Source of the DNA: Podarcis muralis
Taxonomy: Eukaryota
Direction: 5' to 3'
Assembly (NCBI RefSeq): GCF_964188315.1
Contig: NC_135663.1
Coordinates: 41,416,001-41,480,000 of the forward strand
DNA length: 64,000 nt
Shown here piece by piece: positions 1 to 11,841 of this stretch. Numbering within the stretch: the stretch's first letter is position 1; the number at the start of each line of letters is the position of its first letter. The notes under the pieces are model-generated. The model did no database searches. It was given only the letters and a program-made list of their open reading frames with translations, and was not told the origin of the DNA. The position numbers and the translations under genes were made by a program.

Positions 1-51
1 CTGTGGTACACCTACAGCAGCAAAACTGGATGGCTTTGTCTGCCCCAGCTG

Positions 52-52
52 C

Positions 53-90
<38 letters not shown>
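52..90. repeat. (CAA)13 microsatellite, tail of the L2
   Basis: Perfect CAA run read directly, abutting the L2 3' end. Confidence 0.95.
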
Positions 91-91
<1 letters not shown>

Positions 92-1393
92 TTATTATTT
101 ATACCCCGCCCATCTGGCTGGGCCTCCCCAGCCACTCTGGGCGGCTTCCATAGAAACCAAAAATACACTAAAATATCACACGTTAAAAACTTCCCTGAAC
201 AGGGCTGCCTTAAGATGTCTTCTGAATGTCAGGTAGTTGTTTATCGCTTTGACATCTGCTGGAAGGGCGTTCCACAGGGTGGGCGCCACTACTGAGAAGG
301 CCCTCTGCCTGGTTCCCTGTAGCTTTGCTTCTCGCAATGAGGGAACCGCCAGAAGGCCCTCGGCGCTGGACCTCAGCGTCCGGGCAGAACGATGGGGGTG
401 GAGACGCTCCTTCAGGTATACTGGACCGAGGCCGTTTAGGGCTTTAAAGGTCAGCACTAACACTTTGAATTGTGCTCGGAAACATACTGGGAGCCAATGT
501 AGGTCTTTCAAGACCAGTGTTATATGGTCTCGGCGGCCGCCCCCAGTCACCAGTCTAGCTGCCGCATTCTGGATTAGTTGTAGTTTCCGAGTCACCTTCA
601 AAGGTAGCCCCACGTAGAGCGCATTGCAGTTGTCCAAGCAGGAGATAACCAGAGCATGCACCACTCTGGCGAGACAGTCCGCAGACAGATAGGGTCTCAG
701 CCTACATACCAGATGGAGCTGGTAAACAACTGCCCTGGACACAGATTTGACCTGTGCCTCCATGGACAGCTGTGAGTCCAAAATGACTCCCAGGCTGCGC
801 ACCTGGTCCTTCAGGGGCACAGTTACCCCTTTCAGGACCAGGGAATCCTCCACACCTGCCTGCCTCCTGTCCCCCCAAAACAGTACTTCTGTCTTGTCAG
901 GATTCAACCTCAATCTGTTAGCCGCCATCCATCCTCCAACCACTTCCAGACACTCACACAGGACCTTCACCGCCTTCACTGGTTCTGATTTAAAAGAGAG
1001 GTAGAGCTGGGTATCATCCGCATACTGATGAACACCCAACCCAAACCTCCTGATAATCTCTCCCAGAGGCTGCATGTAAATGTTGAAAAGCATGGGGGAG
1101 AGGACAGAACCCTGAGGCACCCAACAAGTGAGAGCCCAGGGGTCTGAACACTCATCCCCCACCACCACTTTCTGGACACGGCCCAGGAGGAAGGAGCGGA
1201 ACCACTGTATGACAGTGCCCCCAGCTCCCAGCCCCTCTAGACGGTCCAGAAGGATGTTATGGTCGATGGTATCAAAAGCTGCTGAGAGATCCAGCAGAAA
1301 TAGGAAACAGCTCTCACCTTTGTCCCTAGCCCACCGGAGATCATCAACCAGTGCAACCAAGTCCCATGATGAGGCCTGAATCCCGACTGGAAG
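52..1393 (-). mobile_element. L2 LINE, 5'-truncated, young copy (RT domain, ORF2 C-terminus, 3' UTR and tail)
   Basis: ORF 176..1456(-) carries L2 RT motifs LLDLSAAFDTIDH, QGSVLSPMLFNIYM, HQYADDTQLYLSF, LRLNPDKTEVL and C-terminal LHWLPV..FKVLVLTFKALNGLGP. FQSGFRPHHGT lies in another frame at about 1360-1392, where homology stops. The 3' end reads ...GGGCGGGGTATAAATAATAAAT followed by (TTG)n. Confidence 0.93.
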
Positions 1394-2164
1394 ACACAAT
1401 AAAACATCTCTCCTGTATTTGTCTCTACAGCCCCAGCAAGCACCGTAAAGCTCCAAGGGCTTGACTTTACCCTCAGTGGCACACTCTTCTGTTGCCTCTC
1501 AAGACAGACAGATGCCAACATTGTTGAAGGGAGACTGGTTGAAAATGTGAAAGTCAAATCCAAGCAACGCAAAGAGCTTAAAACCTCTTTTTGCTTCAGC
1601 CAAATTCACATTGCGGACTTTACAGTGCCACTGAATGCCACAAACCTGCAGGGAGGAATTAAAAAATTTTAGAACTTCATCCCACTATTAAAAACATCTC
1701 TTTAATTTTTAAAGTTTAAACTAATGAAGCGAGATTAATATTTAAGAAGAAGAAACATAAGTAAGACCATGTACAAAAGCCTAAAGAGACTGGCATTCTA
1801 CCAGCCAAATAAATGCAATGGGAAGAAACACTTCATAAGTTGTTACAGATGTGGTGTACATAGCAATAGGTTCACTTCACATAGTCAGAAAGTATGCAGT
1901 GTACCTTGTAAATATAAGTGGAGGTTATAGAACAAATTACCAAATGATCTACAATTAAAGTCAAACTATAATGTTAATTGCCTTTAAAGTCATTAAATAA
2001 TTCTAAGGATAATTAAGAAATTAAGATGTTTAAATTAGTTCATCCTTGGCTAGAGTCAAAGAAAGTTTTCCTGATTCATTCAAAATTAATTGAAGCTCAA
2101 GAACTCCCAGTTTTTCTAATGTAGAAGCTGACTCATCCAGTATTCTTATTCTCCTTCTGTATTA

Positions 2165-2530
2165 ATTTACTAGATTTCTATCCTTCCTTTTCTCCAAGGA
2201 GCTCAAGATGGCATACATGACTCACCTCCCTATTATATCCTGGCAACAACCATGTGAGATAGGCAGGGCCGGCCTGCCCATGAGGCAGACTGAAGCAGCT
2301 GCCTCAGACAGTGGAATCCTGCTGGACAGCACTGGGGTAGCATGGCCGCAAGAGTTATGTAGCATATCACCAGAAGCCACTGTCATATGACCCTGGTAGG
2401 TAAGGCTTTGTGGAAGCACTTTCCTGTTTTGTCTCAAGCGGCAAAGTGGGATGGGCTGCCCTTGTATACAGGTTGGGCTAAGAGACAGTGGCTAGCCCAA
2501 GCTCACCCAATGACACCAGGTATTAAACTT
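2165..2530 (-). mobile_element. Old tRNA-derived SINE (Squam3/L2-tail type), split by an insertion at 2264-2464
   Basis: Left part ttctccaaggagctcaagatggcatac...caacaaccatgtgagatagg resumes at gttgggctaagagacagtggctagcccaagctcaccca, matching the reverse body of L2-tailed squamate SINEs. Confidence 0.55.
2264..2464. mobile_element. hAT-like MITE nested in the old SINE
   Basis: Termini CAGGGCCGGCC...GGGCTGCCCTTG are imperfect inverted repeats, and the host SINE is interrupted exactly here. No clean 8-bp TSD seen. Confidence 0.45.
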
Positions 2531-3789
2531 TCTAACCACTATGCTACACTGCTTCTCTCTTTCTCTTCCACCTCCTCCTAGAACTTTCTCTAGCCTATAT
2601 TCACTGTTCATAGAGTTGTTGCTGACCCACAGTTCAGCTAACATAGAGTAACTCTTGCATGCTGAAGTATTGTCAAGCTCCAAAATGACACTGGAATTTA
2701 GGGGACCTGGCAAGGCCTCTCCTGTTGTTTAAAATCCAGTCCTGAGACAGAAGCCTTGTGCTTAAACATAGGTCCCTTTCAAAGGTACTCAAGATTTATT
2801 CCCTGTGCTCTGAATGAGTGAAAATGAGCTTTGTTGAAACCTCCTGTGAATTAAGTTGATTTACTGTAGAATCTCCCCATTGCTTATGGGTTTGATGAAA
2901 GCATTAGCTCCTTAATGATTCCCAGACTACTCTGGAGTTTTGGGGGGCAGGGGTGGAGTTAAGAGAGGAAAAACTGTGCTAAGTGTGAAAACATTTTCCA
3001 CAAAGCTTAAAAGACCAAATTCTTCCAGGTGTTGAACATTGTTATAAAGGTCTAAAATAATTGCTGGCCTTTCGATGTGTGTTAAAGGCACCTTTTCAGT
3101 TTTGTTTTTAAGGAACAGAAATGGATTGGGGAAAATCATTCCATACAGGTGGACCTTTCAACATCCTCAAAATTACCTACATCTGCTCTGATGTTTCAGC
3201 ATCCCCACAGATGTTGCATGTATCTATGTCTAAAGACAAATTCTGTCATAAAAGGGCAAGGTGCAATGTGTAGGGCAGCAAGTACCCTTGATAACACTGT
3301 ATGTGCTGGGTGCATGCCCAGATAATTGGCATTCACAGTGTCAAGAATCCTTACTGACCAAAGTTCCTGACCCCGTGTTTGAAGTTTCAGTAAGGCATCC
3401 CTTATGCAAATCACACATTCATATGATGAAACATGTAACATTGCTGAGATACTTGACCTTTGCCATAATCCAGCAAGGTTCTTTTTTATGGCTTTATGCC
3501 TGCTTCTGTTTCAGGTTAGTTTCTAATAAAATCTAGAATGATCATCTCAAAAGTTTAAAAGAAATACACCATGGACAAGTGTCTTTTCTCATTTCTCTAA
3601 CCTTGCTTGCCATCTTGGAGAAAGCACTTCTCATTGGAGGGGCAGGGGAAAGAACCTCCAGTTCCCTTCCTATAGAAGTCACTTTGTAACCTGGGCTGAC
3701 TAGTGATAGGCAAATCTTACAATCTCAATTTCTCATTTTTCTAGTTCCCACATTTCCATATCAGTTTGCTTTTTTTTTTTTAAGTCCAC

Positions 3790-4050
3790 ATGAAAATGAA
3801 TCTGCTTTTTTGCTGTGAACTGTTCTGAACATGCATATTTTTGTATGAAATTTTGCTCAATGTGCCACATTTTTGCAAAGCAGTTCCCCATAATTCCGCA
3901 TTTTTATGCATGCTTTGCCCCACTATATGCAGTTTTGTACCACTTGCCTGGAGAACTATCTGGAGAAATGTTTCAGTTTGACTACTGTTTTTGTTACTGT
4001 GAATTAAGCAGATTTTCCTTTAAATGTGAACTGAATTGAATTTCCCCCCT
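3790..4050. repeat. AT-rich squamate interspersed repeat, unclassified (related copy at about 20225-20530)
   Basis: Recurrent ATGCATTTTT/GCATATTTTTG-type units and a terminal gtgaactgaattgaatttccccc; a similar composition and motif order is seen at 20.2-20.5 kb. Confidence 0.45.
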
Positions 4051-7000
4051 ACCAATCTGCATCATGATCAGGGGGAGTGGAAATGAAGCACTGAATGGAA
4101 ACGAAGCATTTCCCCTGAGATAATGTGGTTATACTGCTTTTTTTTCATTCTACCCCCAGCCCCAGGTACAAAATCTGTTGTAGCAGCCCAGAAGAGTGAG
4201 ATTTGGCCACTGGACTGCAAGTTAATTCATATACAACCAGAATTCACTTCAAGCCTTTGAAGAATCAAGCACTCATATCAGTGGCTCCAGTTCCAGATGT
4301 TGGTTTTTACAGGTACCTGTGAGCCAGATTTCACTCTCAACCAACCTTTAAACTGGCTCAGTGTGATGTTGTAAGTTATGAAACTACGATCTTCACTTTG
4401 GAACATGGAAATAAGAAAACTGTGTGCTATTTCTATTTGTAGTTCTATTGTTCAGTTTATGACTGAACAAGTTTAGCCCAGTGATTAATGGCCACATTTA
4501 CATACCTCCTAAACTAAAGGCTTTGAATGACAAAAGTTATTTTCAACCCCCTTGGTATAGTAGGTATAAGCAAGTCAAAATCATCTTCCATGATCCCAAG
4601 ACACATTGTTCTTTTACTTCTAGGAATGAGATTTTTGCACTTTAAAGAGATTGACCATCAGTGTTTTCTCTTCTATCCTAAATATATTCGTCACAGCTCT
4701 GTATAATGAGCTGTTTACAACAGATGGTTCGCAAACCTCTGAAGCAAATGTGATATTGAATGAGTTGTCATGAAAAGGTTCTGCATCTCTTTGTTGTTTC
4801 ATCACAGTGTTTAACTCTTTCTGAACGCATCTCAAATCCAGAGGATTTTCTGTTAAGGCTGTTGGTGCTTAGAAAATCCATCTGGCAAAGGAATCTAGTT
4901 TGCTTTTAATATCTCCAAAACCCAGCATCTAAAACATAAATGCTTGGAAGTTTCAGACTGCAGTACACACATATAAGCTCAGCTTTGCAATTGGTTATCA
5001 CATCCTCCCTTCTGTTTCCATAAGCTGTTCCTCCACCCATTCAGTCATCTCCTTGCCTGGTGCTAGGTGGCACAGATAATCTTGGATGTCAGTCAATGGG
5101 CAATGATAGGGGACAGCCTCTAGCTATCCCTAGACTGTGTGTTTGTTAAGCTCAATAACTTTTATTCTCATGTAACAGCATGATATAAAAATCTGAAAAT
5201 AATTTTTAGGGGGACACCTGGCAACCTGACATTTATGAGTCTATACCCAGAGGTAGAGCCTACCTTGAGACATTTCCTATTCACTTTTCTTTGATAGCCG
5301 GTAGTCATTGCATTCAACTGCATTACACACTCAATCCAATCCCCAACACAATCAAGCAGAAGTATTTGGATGTGGGCCAGTTTAATACTGCTAAAGCCAA
5401 TCGATCTGAATTAATTTAAAGCTAAGAGCTTCAGCTTAACTGGGTTGTGGATCAGCCAGTTGGCCTCTTAATTGCTCTTTTTCTTTCTTACCCAGAGAGC
5501 GTGGTAATGTTAATGTATATTAGAGTGATTCTTTACACAAAACATCTGTAACATTTTCTAAAAATTATAAATGCTCTGGGATTGGGGATTCCAGCTGTTG
5601 CCTGACTGAAGGAATCCCCATGACATCAGCAGTCAGGAATTGGGTTTCATTTACCCCTTTTGCCATGGTAAAAAAGAGAGAGAAAAAGTCAACATGATCC
5701 AGATGGTCGTTCTGGGTATTAAAATGTGCCTGCTTTGTGATTGTGGTCTGGGACACAACCCTTGTCTTTATAGTGCTGAAATAATTGATTTCACCCTGCT
5801 TTCCAGAGAGGTAAAGTACCCAAGAAAGCAAAAAAAAGCATCCATTACTATTCAGAGTGGGGATCCATCTAAATGACTTTATTGTTCTTCAGATTTCACT
5901 GTTTAATATTATGACATCATGTAGTTTCCTGAGATACCAAGATAGCTAGAACTAAAACCAGAATTCCCTATCTTTAAGCAATAATATGCTACAGTGTCAA
6001 GCTATGTGTGATAAGTGAAATTACAACAAACGTCTAATTACCATTGTTTGCAAAATCATTCTTTTTAAAAGGTTGTTTGTATTTTATTTTTATTTTTTTA
6101 AGGAATAATGACCACCAAATGGCACAGTAAGACCCGCCAGTGGGTTAAGGGACCCTTGGGAGCATTGTTCAGGGCATTTAGTGGCTCCCACCATATTATG
6201 CCTGCAACTGGGAACTGTAGAAATGGGGCAGTGTTGTGTAAATAAAAGGCATGTGAAGTAGTTACAGCTTAATCCAGGAATGGAAAATACGCTTGCAAAA
6301 GGAAGGTAAGAGCAGAAGGGTTGTAACAGCTAACTAACAGCTGTCAGACCCTCGGGTGCTTTTCAGCCTTCAGCAGAGATCTCACTTCTTAAAGTTATGC
6401 CACTCCCAAATTCAAACTCCTTCTGCCCTCCCTCTGGAACCAATGTGCATTTGGGAAAACATTTTTGCAGGTGAATTTACCTAGCCCAAATTTGCTTAGG
6501 AAAAGGAAAATATCAGGTAAGCTAAATTAATAGTTTGAAACGGCTTTCATCATTACACATGGCATTGAAGTTAGCATTTGGGGGGGGGGGGCGGGGAGGA
6601 GGGAACATGCCACAGAATATTGAATGTGGCATGCAAATAACATGCCTGCCTTATGATTGTATCAAGAAGACTGAAAGTTAAGGTTTCTTTTTAAGGCGTG
6701 CTTGAAATTGGAAAAAGTTTCCATTTTGGAACCAGCAAAGTGTTCTGCTTCTCTTAGGGTTCTGTCTGCCCATTGTGGCATTCTGTGAATTCCACTTCCA
6801 TCCAGGGTCAACAAGCCTATCAAGTGTCATAGGCAGAAGTGTGGGCCCACTCCAAAATATAGTCCTTTCTGTTCGTATTCAAATATCTGGGGGAATGTAA
6901 AGGAGTATTCTGAACAAGGGCCCTGACATGGGAGTAGACTTGCTCCTGGGCTCTTCACATTATTGGTGGCGAATGGTTTTTGCCCCTTCCCAGCAGTCTT

Positions 7001-7476
7001 GCCTATAATAGACTATGGATCTTACTCTTTGTGGGAGGACCAAAAATATTCATCAAATGGTAAAGAAGACCTTAGCACCTTTGCCAACACCAAAATAATC
7101 AAGGCAGGGTCAAGATTCAACCTTATAAACAGAACGTTATTATGTAAACTTAAATCTCCTCTTCAGTCTTAAAGCAGGAAGCTATGTAAATATTTTGCTC
7201 TTAGCATATATGTATGGATACAATCTGAATTAATGCAATTAATTTGCAGTGCAAGGTGGGAGCCTCAGTCTAAGTTTATTTGTAGAACAGAAATCTGTAC
7301 TGGTAGATGTAATGCCATATTTGAGGGATAACCGTACAAATTGTCAATTGACAGGAGTTTAATAAATGCATCTGACCCAATCAGGCACACTAGGTAGGGG
7401 GCAAGCCCAATATGTTCCTGCAATAGAAATTAGACTTCTGTGTGGCTGAAATGTAGCCTACTATACAACAATAGAA

Positions 7477-7826
7477 GGGACGCTGGTGGCGCTGTGGGTT
7501 AAACTACAGAGCCTAGGACTTGCTGATCAGAAGGTCGGAGGTTCGAATCCCCGTGATGGGGTGAGCTCCTGTTGCTTGGTCCCTGCTCCTGCCAACCTAG
7601 CAGTTCGAAAGCACGTCAAAGTGCAAGTAGATAAATAGGTACCACTCTGGCGGGAAGGTAAACAGCGTTTTTGTGTGCTGCTCTGGTTCGCCAGAAGTGG
7701 CTTAGTCATGCTGGCCGCATGGCCCGGAAGCTGTACGCCGGCTCCCTCGGCCAATAAAGCGAGATAAGCGCCACAACCCCAGAGTCGGCCACGACTGGAC
7801 CTAATGGTCAGGGGTCCCTTTACCTT
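7477..7826 (+). mobile_element. Sauria SINE, full length, Podarcis-type
   Basis: tRNA-like head GGGACGCTGGTGGCGCTGTGG...GGTTCGAATCCCC, body GTGCAAGTAGATAAATAGGTACC, RTE/BovB-type tail CCCTTTACCTT. TSD TATACAACAATA at 7462-7473 and 7826-7837. Confidence 0.95.
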
Positions 7827-9470
7827 ATACAACAATAAGAACCACTGACCCACTCATTTTTGCCTCTGCTACCCTTCCCCATTCACTAAGATTTTGTCCA
7901 TCTCTATCCCTCTGCAGCCTCTGGAAGATTGTCCATGAGAAAATGCAGTCCTTAGGATGAAAAACATTTGTTCTTCTGGGTTCCATTGACAATGGAGAAA
8001 TGAAGAAGAATCCTTATGTTACCAAAGACTCCCTTTGATCTTACATGATTCTCCTTAACAGCAGTATCATTGCCTTTGGGATAACTTTTTTTAAAAAACA
8101 ATGCAGCACAAAACTGCTTTGCCAATATCCTCATTTGACTCAAATGAGTCCTTGTAGCATTGGATATATTGAACACAATCCCACAGGAAAATCCAGTTGG
8201 AGATTGTTGTCATCTAGGTAAGAGTGCCATAGGGGTAACATCTGTTTGCAATCATCTTCCCTGGGAATTAGGAACAGAATGTGCCAGCTGTTGGGGATCC
8301 AGCACAGCGACTAGCTTGGGGCGCTACAGATCTCAATGGTGTGGTCCCTTCTCAGCACACCTGCAGCATGTAATAACGGCATCAAATATTATGGATGAAA
8401 TATGGATTCCTTTGAAATTGTGGTTAAAGCTCTTATCAGCTCCAGCAGAGCCAGGGCTTCACCCCAAGAGTGTTGTGGGAGTGTCAAGCTGAGTTTCAGG
8501 ATACGCTGATATAATGAGCCTTTTGTTTACAAAGCATGGGGTGAGTTGCCCTGAGCTAGGAACCAGCTTGACAGAAGCTGTGAAATTGTCTACCCACATC
8601 AGAGGAAAGGAATTGGCATTAAGCAGGAAGTGCTGCAAGGCTCAAAGCACGGGCATGAAAAATTATACAGCAAACCAGAGATACGCTGCCAACTGCATAA
8701 GCCCCTGGAAGAGCTCCCACAGAAACCTCCCTCAGGTTATCAGGAAGCCGAAAACCACAAAGCTCTCGGGAATCTAATCTGTCACCAGCCAGATTGCCAA
8801 ACTGCTGATGCCCTGAAATTTATCTAGGTGAGCAACATTTCCATGGTTCTGAATAACCATGAAGAGAAGAAGCGAAAGGAAAGAGGACACAATTGATGGC
8901 TGAGGAACACAAAGGCAAATGTCTAAAAAACTGGACAAAACCCATATTTTTTCTCCATCAAAGCTATCTGTGCACTTCTTAGGAGCTTGATATTTTAGTA
9001 CCACAGTGTATCCATTGCATATGGCTGCTCTGGTACACTTTTCCATGTTAGCCTGATCACCTAACTCTGAAGGTCAACACATCTCATAAAAGCCAGCGCC
9101 TGTTCTGCATTCAGATTAGCTCTTTCAATAAATCACGGAGGTGGGCTAAAGGAGACTCGTTAAATAGTCCCAATCTTCAGCTCATATGTCAAAGCTCTCC
9201 CTCCGCAATTGCCACATCTCCTCTAGCCCATCTAAATTCCTGATATCCATCACAATACAATAACCCTGCCTATTAAGTTCCAGAACATGAAGGGTTTTTC
9301 TCTCCTTACTGGTCTAAAGTGCAGTGGCTTTCTTCTAAAAGGCTTTGTGATGTGGTTGCTGGCACAAAGTAGTTACTTATAGGGGGGGTTGCTAGGAGCT
9401 TCAAGGCGGGGCTGGCTCCAGATGCACGGGTGCTCTTGGAAAAGTGATTTCCGGTGTGCTCCCTTGAAAG

Positions 9471-10276
9471 CATGTTCTCCCTAAATGAGAGCATGTGTTG
9501 CGGTTGGGGAATACAGGCCACTCTGGTATGACTGTGCAGTTTAGGTAACCCAGGTCACTAAGGGGTTAATTGGGTTACTGGGGAGTTCTGTATGTAGCCA
9601 ATTTCGGGGGTGGGGTTAGTGCCTTAAATACAGGTCGCCATTGCTGGGGCGTCCTCTGGGCTTTTACACCGGATCACCCGCCCACCCTCCCTTAAAGGGG
9701 GGGTTTTCTCGTTTGCTTGACCTTGCTATGCCTGTCATGGGGTCGCCTGCCTTGGTGCAGGGGCCTGGTAGGAATTTTCCCATTTGGCTGATTGGCTGGT
9801 GCCATTTGGTTTTGCCTACTGCGTAGCAAATCGTCACAACTTGTAAGGTTGGCGGTTAGGCATTGGTTAAAATTGGTTGGAGGAGGGGTAAGTGCCTACC
9901 CCTCCAATGGTGATGCGGAAAAAGGGAATTCCGTTAAAGGAATCCAGGGGCTTGCCATTCTTTCGTCCTTGTCCCTGGAATCGGACCTGGGCCGTGCAAG
10001 CCCCACCGGAACATGAGGGTGAGAAGTGATGGTTTGGGGCCCAGCCTCACTTCCTCACCCAATACTTGTTTCCCATGCTGGCTTCCGCTGGAATCCGGAA
10101 GTCAGCTCTGTCCCTGGGCATGGACAGATAGTCATAACCAATGCCTAAGCAACCACTCACAATTATGTATTCAAATAAAGTTGTGGCCAAAATTGATGCC
10201 AAAAACCTTAAACAAAAATTATTGTGTGAAGTGTGTATTTCTTGGTGGGTGGCCTGGAGGGACTCAACACGCAACA
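9471..10276 (+). mobile_element. LTR-like terminal repeat (solo LTR or DIRS/Ngaro-type), about 800 bp
   Basis: TGTTGCG (9496) ... CGCAACA (10276) 7-bp inverted ends; GC-rich interior with CCAAT, GGGGTGGGG and TTAAATA motifs; AATAAAGTTGTGGCC near 10174. No TSD. Preceded by a hairpin at 9471-9495. Confidence 0.6.
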
Positions 10277-10649
10277 TTCTTGGGCATGCCCTGGCTTAGA
10301 TAGCACTACCTGTAAACTGGCTGTTACCATTTCAATGCCTCTAAATTAGGATGCCTCTAGGACCATAGTCTTCAGCCCTTTCAGACCTGGGACCCACTGT
10401 TATCCAAACCAGCATTTGGGGACCCATTCTTTTTTACCATATGTTTGCATGGTGGAAATGATGCTGCTGGATCATGCCTTAACCCAGTAATGGCTCTTGA
10501 ACTACCTGTTGAAGATCAGTGCTCCAGGCCATTGTGGGGGAAGTGACAGCTGCTGGACCCAGCCACCTTCAGCAGTGGGACTTACCTCAACATTGCAGCC
10601 TCAACAGCTGCCTGGCAACAAGTCTCTGTTTTAAACTTTGCAATAGCTA

Positions 10650-10920
10650 TAAGCTCACTCGGTGGTCTTGGGCAAACCGCTTTCCTTTGGTGCCATTGAT
10701 CTCTCCCCTATCTGCACAATGGGACAAAAGTTCTTGCCAACTTTACAGGAATTCTGGAAGCATTATGAGCAGCATGATCCTATGCATGCTTACCCCAAAG
10801 TCAGCCCCAATGAATTTAATGGCACTTTCTCTCAAGCAAATGTACACAAGACTGTGCTGTGAGCTCATTAATGTACTGCACTTTGAAGCACTATAGAAAT
10901 AGTAAATATTATCATTATTA
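10650..10920 (+). mobile_element. MIR/CORE-like SINE remnant interrupted by an ~85-bp hairpin element (about 10773-10860)
   Basis: gtggtcttgggcaaaccgc...ctatctgcacaatggg...cactttgaagcactatagaaatagtaaatattatcattatta resembles a CORE-SINE body and tail. Confidence 0.5.
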
Positions 10921-11595
10921 CTGGTAGCAGTTGAACCAGACTGACAAACCCCTTCCCATAATCTTTTCCTCTTTCATGTTTTCCTGCTTTACAGTGTAGT
11001 TTAATTTGCTTTCTTTCATTCCCAGATAGCAACATCATGTGGCACCTAATATAAAGATATCAAAAGGGATTTGCAATCTAAAACTATTAAAATGCTGCAA
11101 CTGCATTAATTTTTGTTTAAACAATGGCTTTCCATAGATATTGCACATACTAGGGAAGATGTTTATTCAGCAAAAGCTATCTCTGCATTAACACAGGAAC
11201 AAAACCTTGGGCTGCTTATCCCCATAGAAATAAATCACACATTCTTTGCTTTAGAGGGTTTACTTCATATTCATCTTTCAGATTTTGAGTCAGTGGCACA
11301 GTTTCATAAATAAAAGGAAAAAGTTGCTTCTGGTATTATGCAATCCAAAACCCTTTAACTCAGAAATGTGACTTATGTGCCAAAACATTTTCTTTTTTAC
11401 CTCAGGTAGCTGCTTCTTATTACAAAACATTTTCTTGCACACTGAGGGTTTTTTTTAAAACAAAACAAAACAATGTTACCAATATTTGATTGAAGGTAAT
11501 CAGTTGGGCATCTGGAAGACATGAAATCTAAAAAATCCATTCCAATACCCATTTCAGACTGGCCTCAATGATATTCTCCTTCAAAAATAATAAGG

Positions 11596-11724
11596 CAGGG
11601 ATGAGGAAACCTGTGGCTGTCCAGACCTTGCTAAGCCATAATTCCCATCTTCCCTGATGACTGGCCATGCTGGATAGGGCTGATGGGACTGCAGCACCTT
11701 AGGGTTATGGGTTCCCTGTCCCTG
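11596..11724. mobile_element. Palindromic hAT-like MITE (~130 bp); degraded relatives at about 15100-15212, 31975-32093, 38255-38370 and 57122-57260
   Basis: CAGGG...CCCTG termini and an internal quasi-palindrome (ttcccatc...ggccatgctggatagggctgatggga). The same motif order recurs at the four other loci. Confidence 0.6.
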
Positions 11725-11841
11725 TTAACACATCTATAAGCAGATTCAGGCAGCTTCTTAACATGTAGCTGATGTATGGGCATTCTATTTACATCTCAGG
11801 ACAGTAACTTGAAATATATTTAATCACTAGTCTGCATATTT

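Noticed and set aside
237-1379. Plus-strand ORFs 237..617, 747..1004 and 1128..1379
   Set aside because: Antisense shadows of the GC-rich L2 RT coding strand.
1473-1634. 10-bp inverted repeat TCAGTGGCAC/GTGCCACTGA as MITE ends
   Set aside because: Short, with no TSD or second copy seen; could be chance.
7477-7560. tRNA genes at SINE heads (all Sauria and Squam copies)
   Set aside because: The A and B boxes are embedded in SINE bodies with LINE-type tails and TSDs, and there is no complete cloverleaf.
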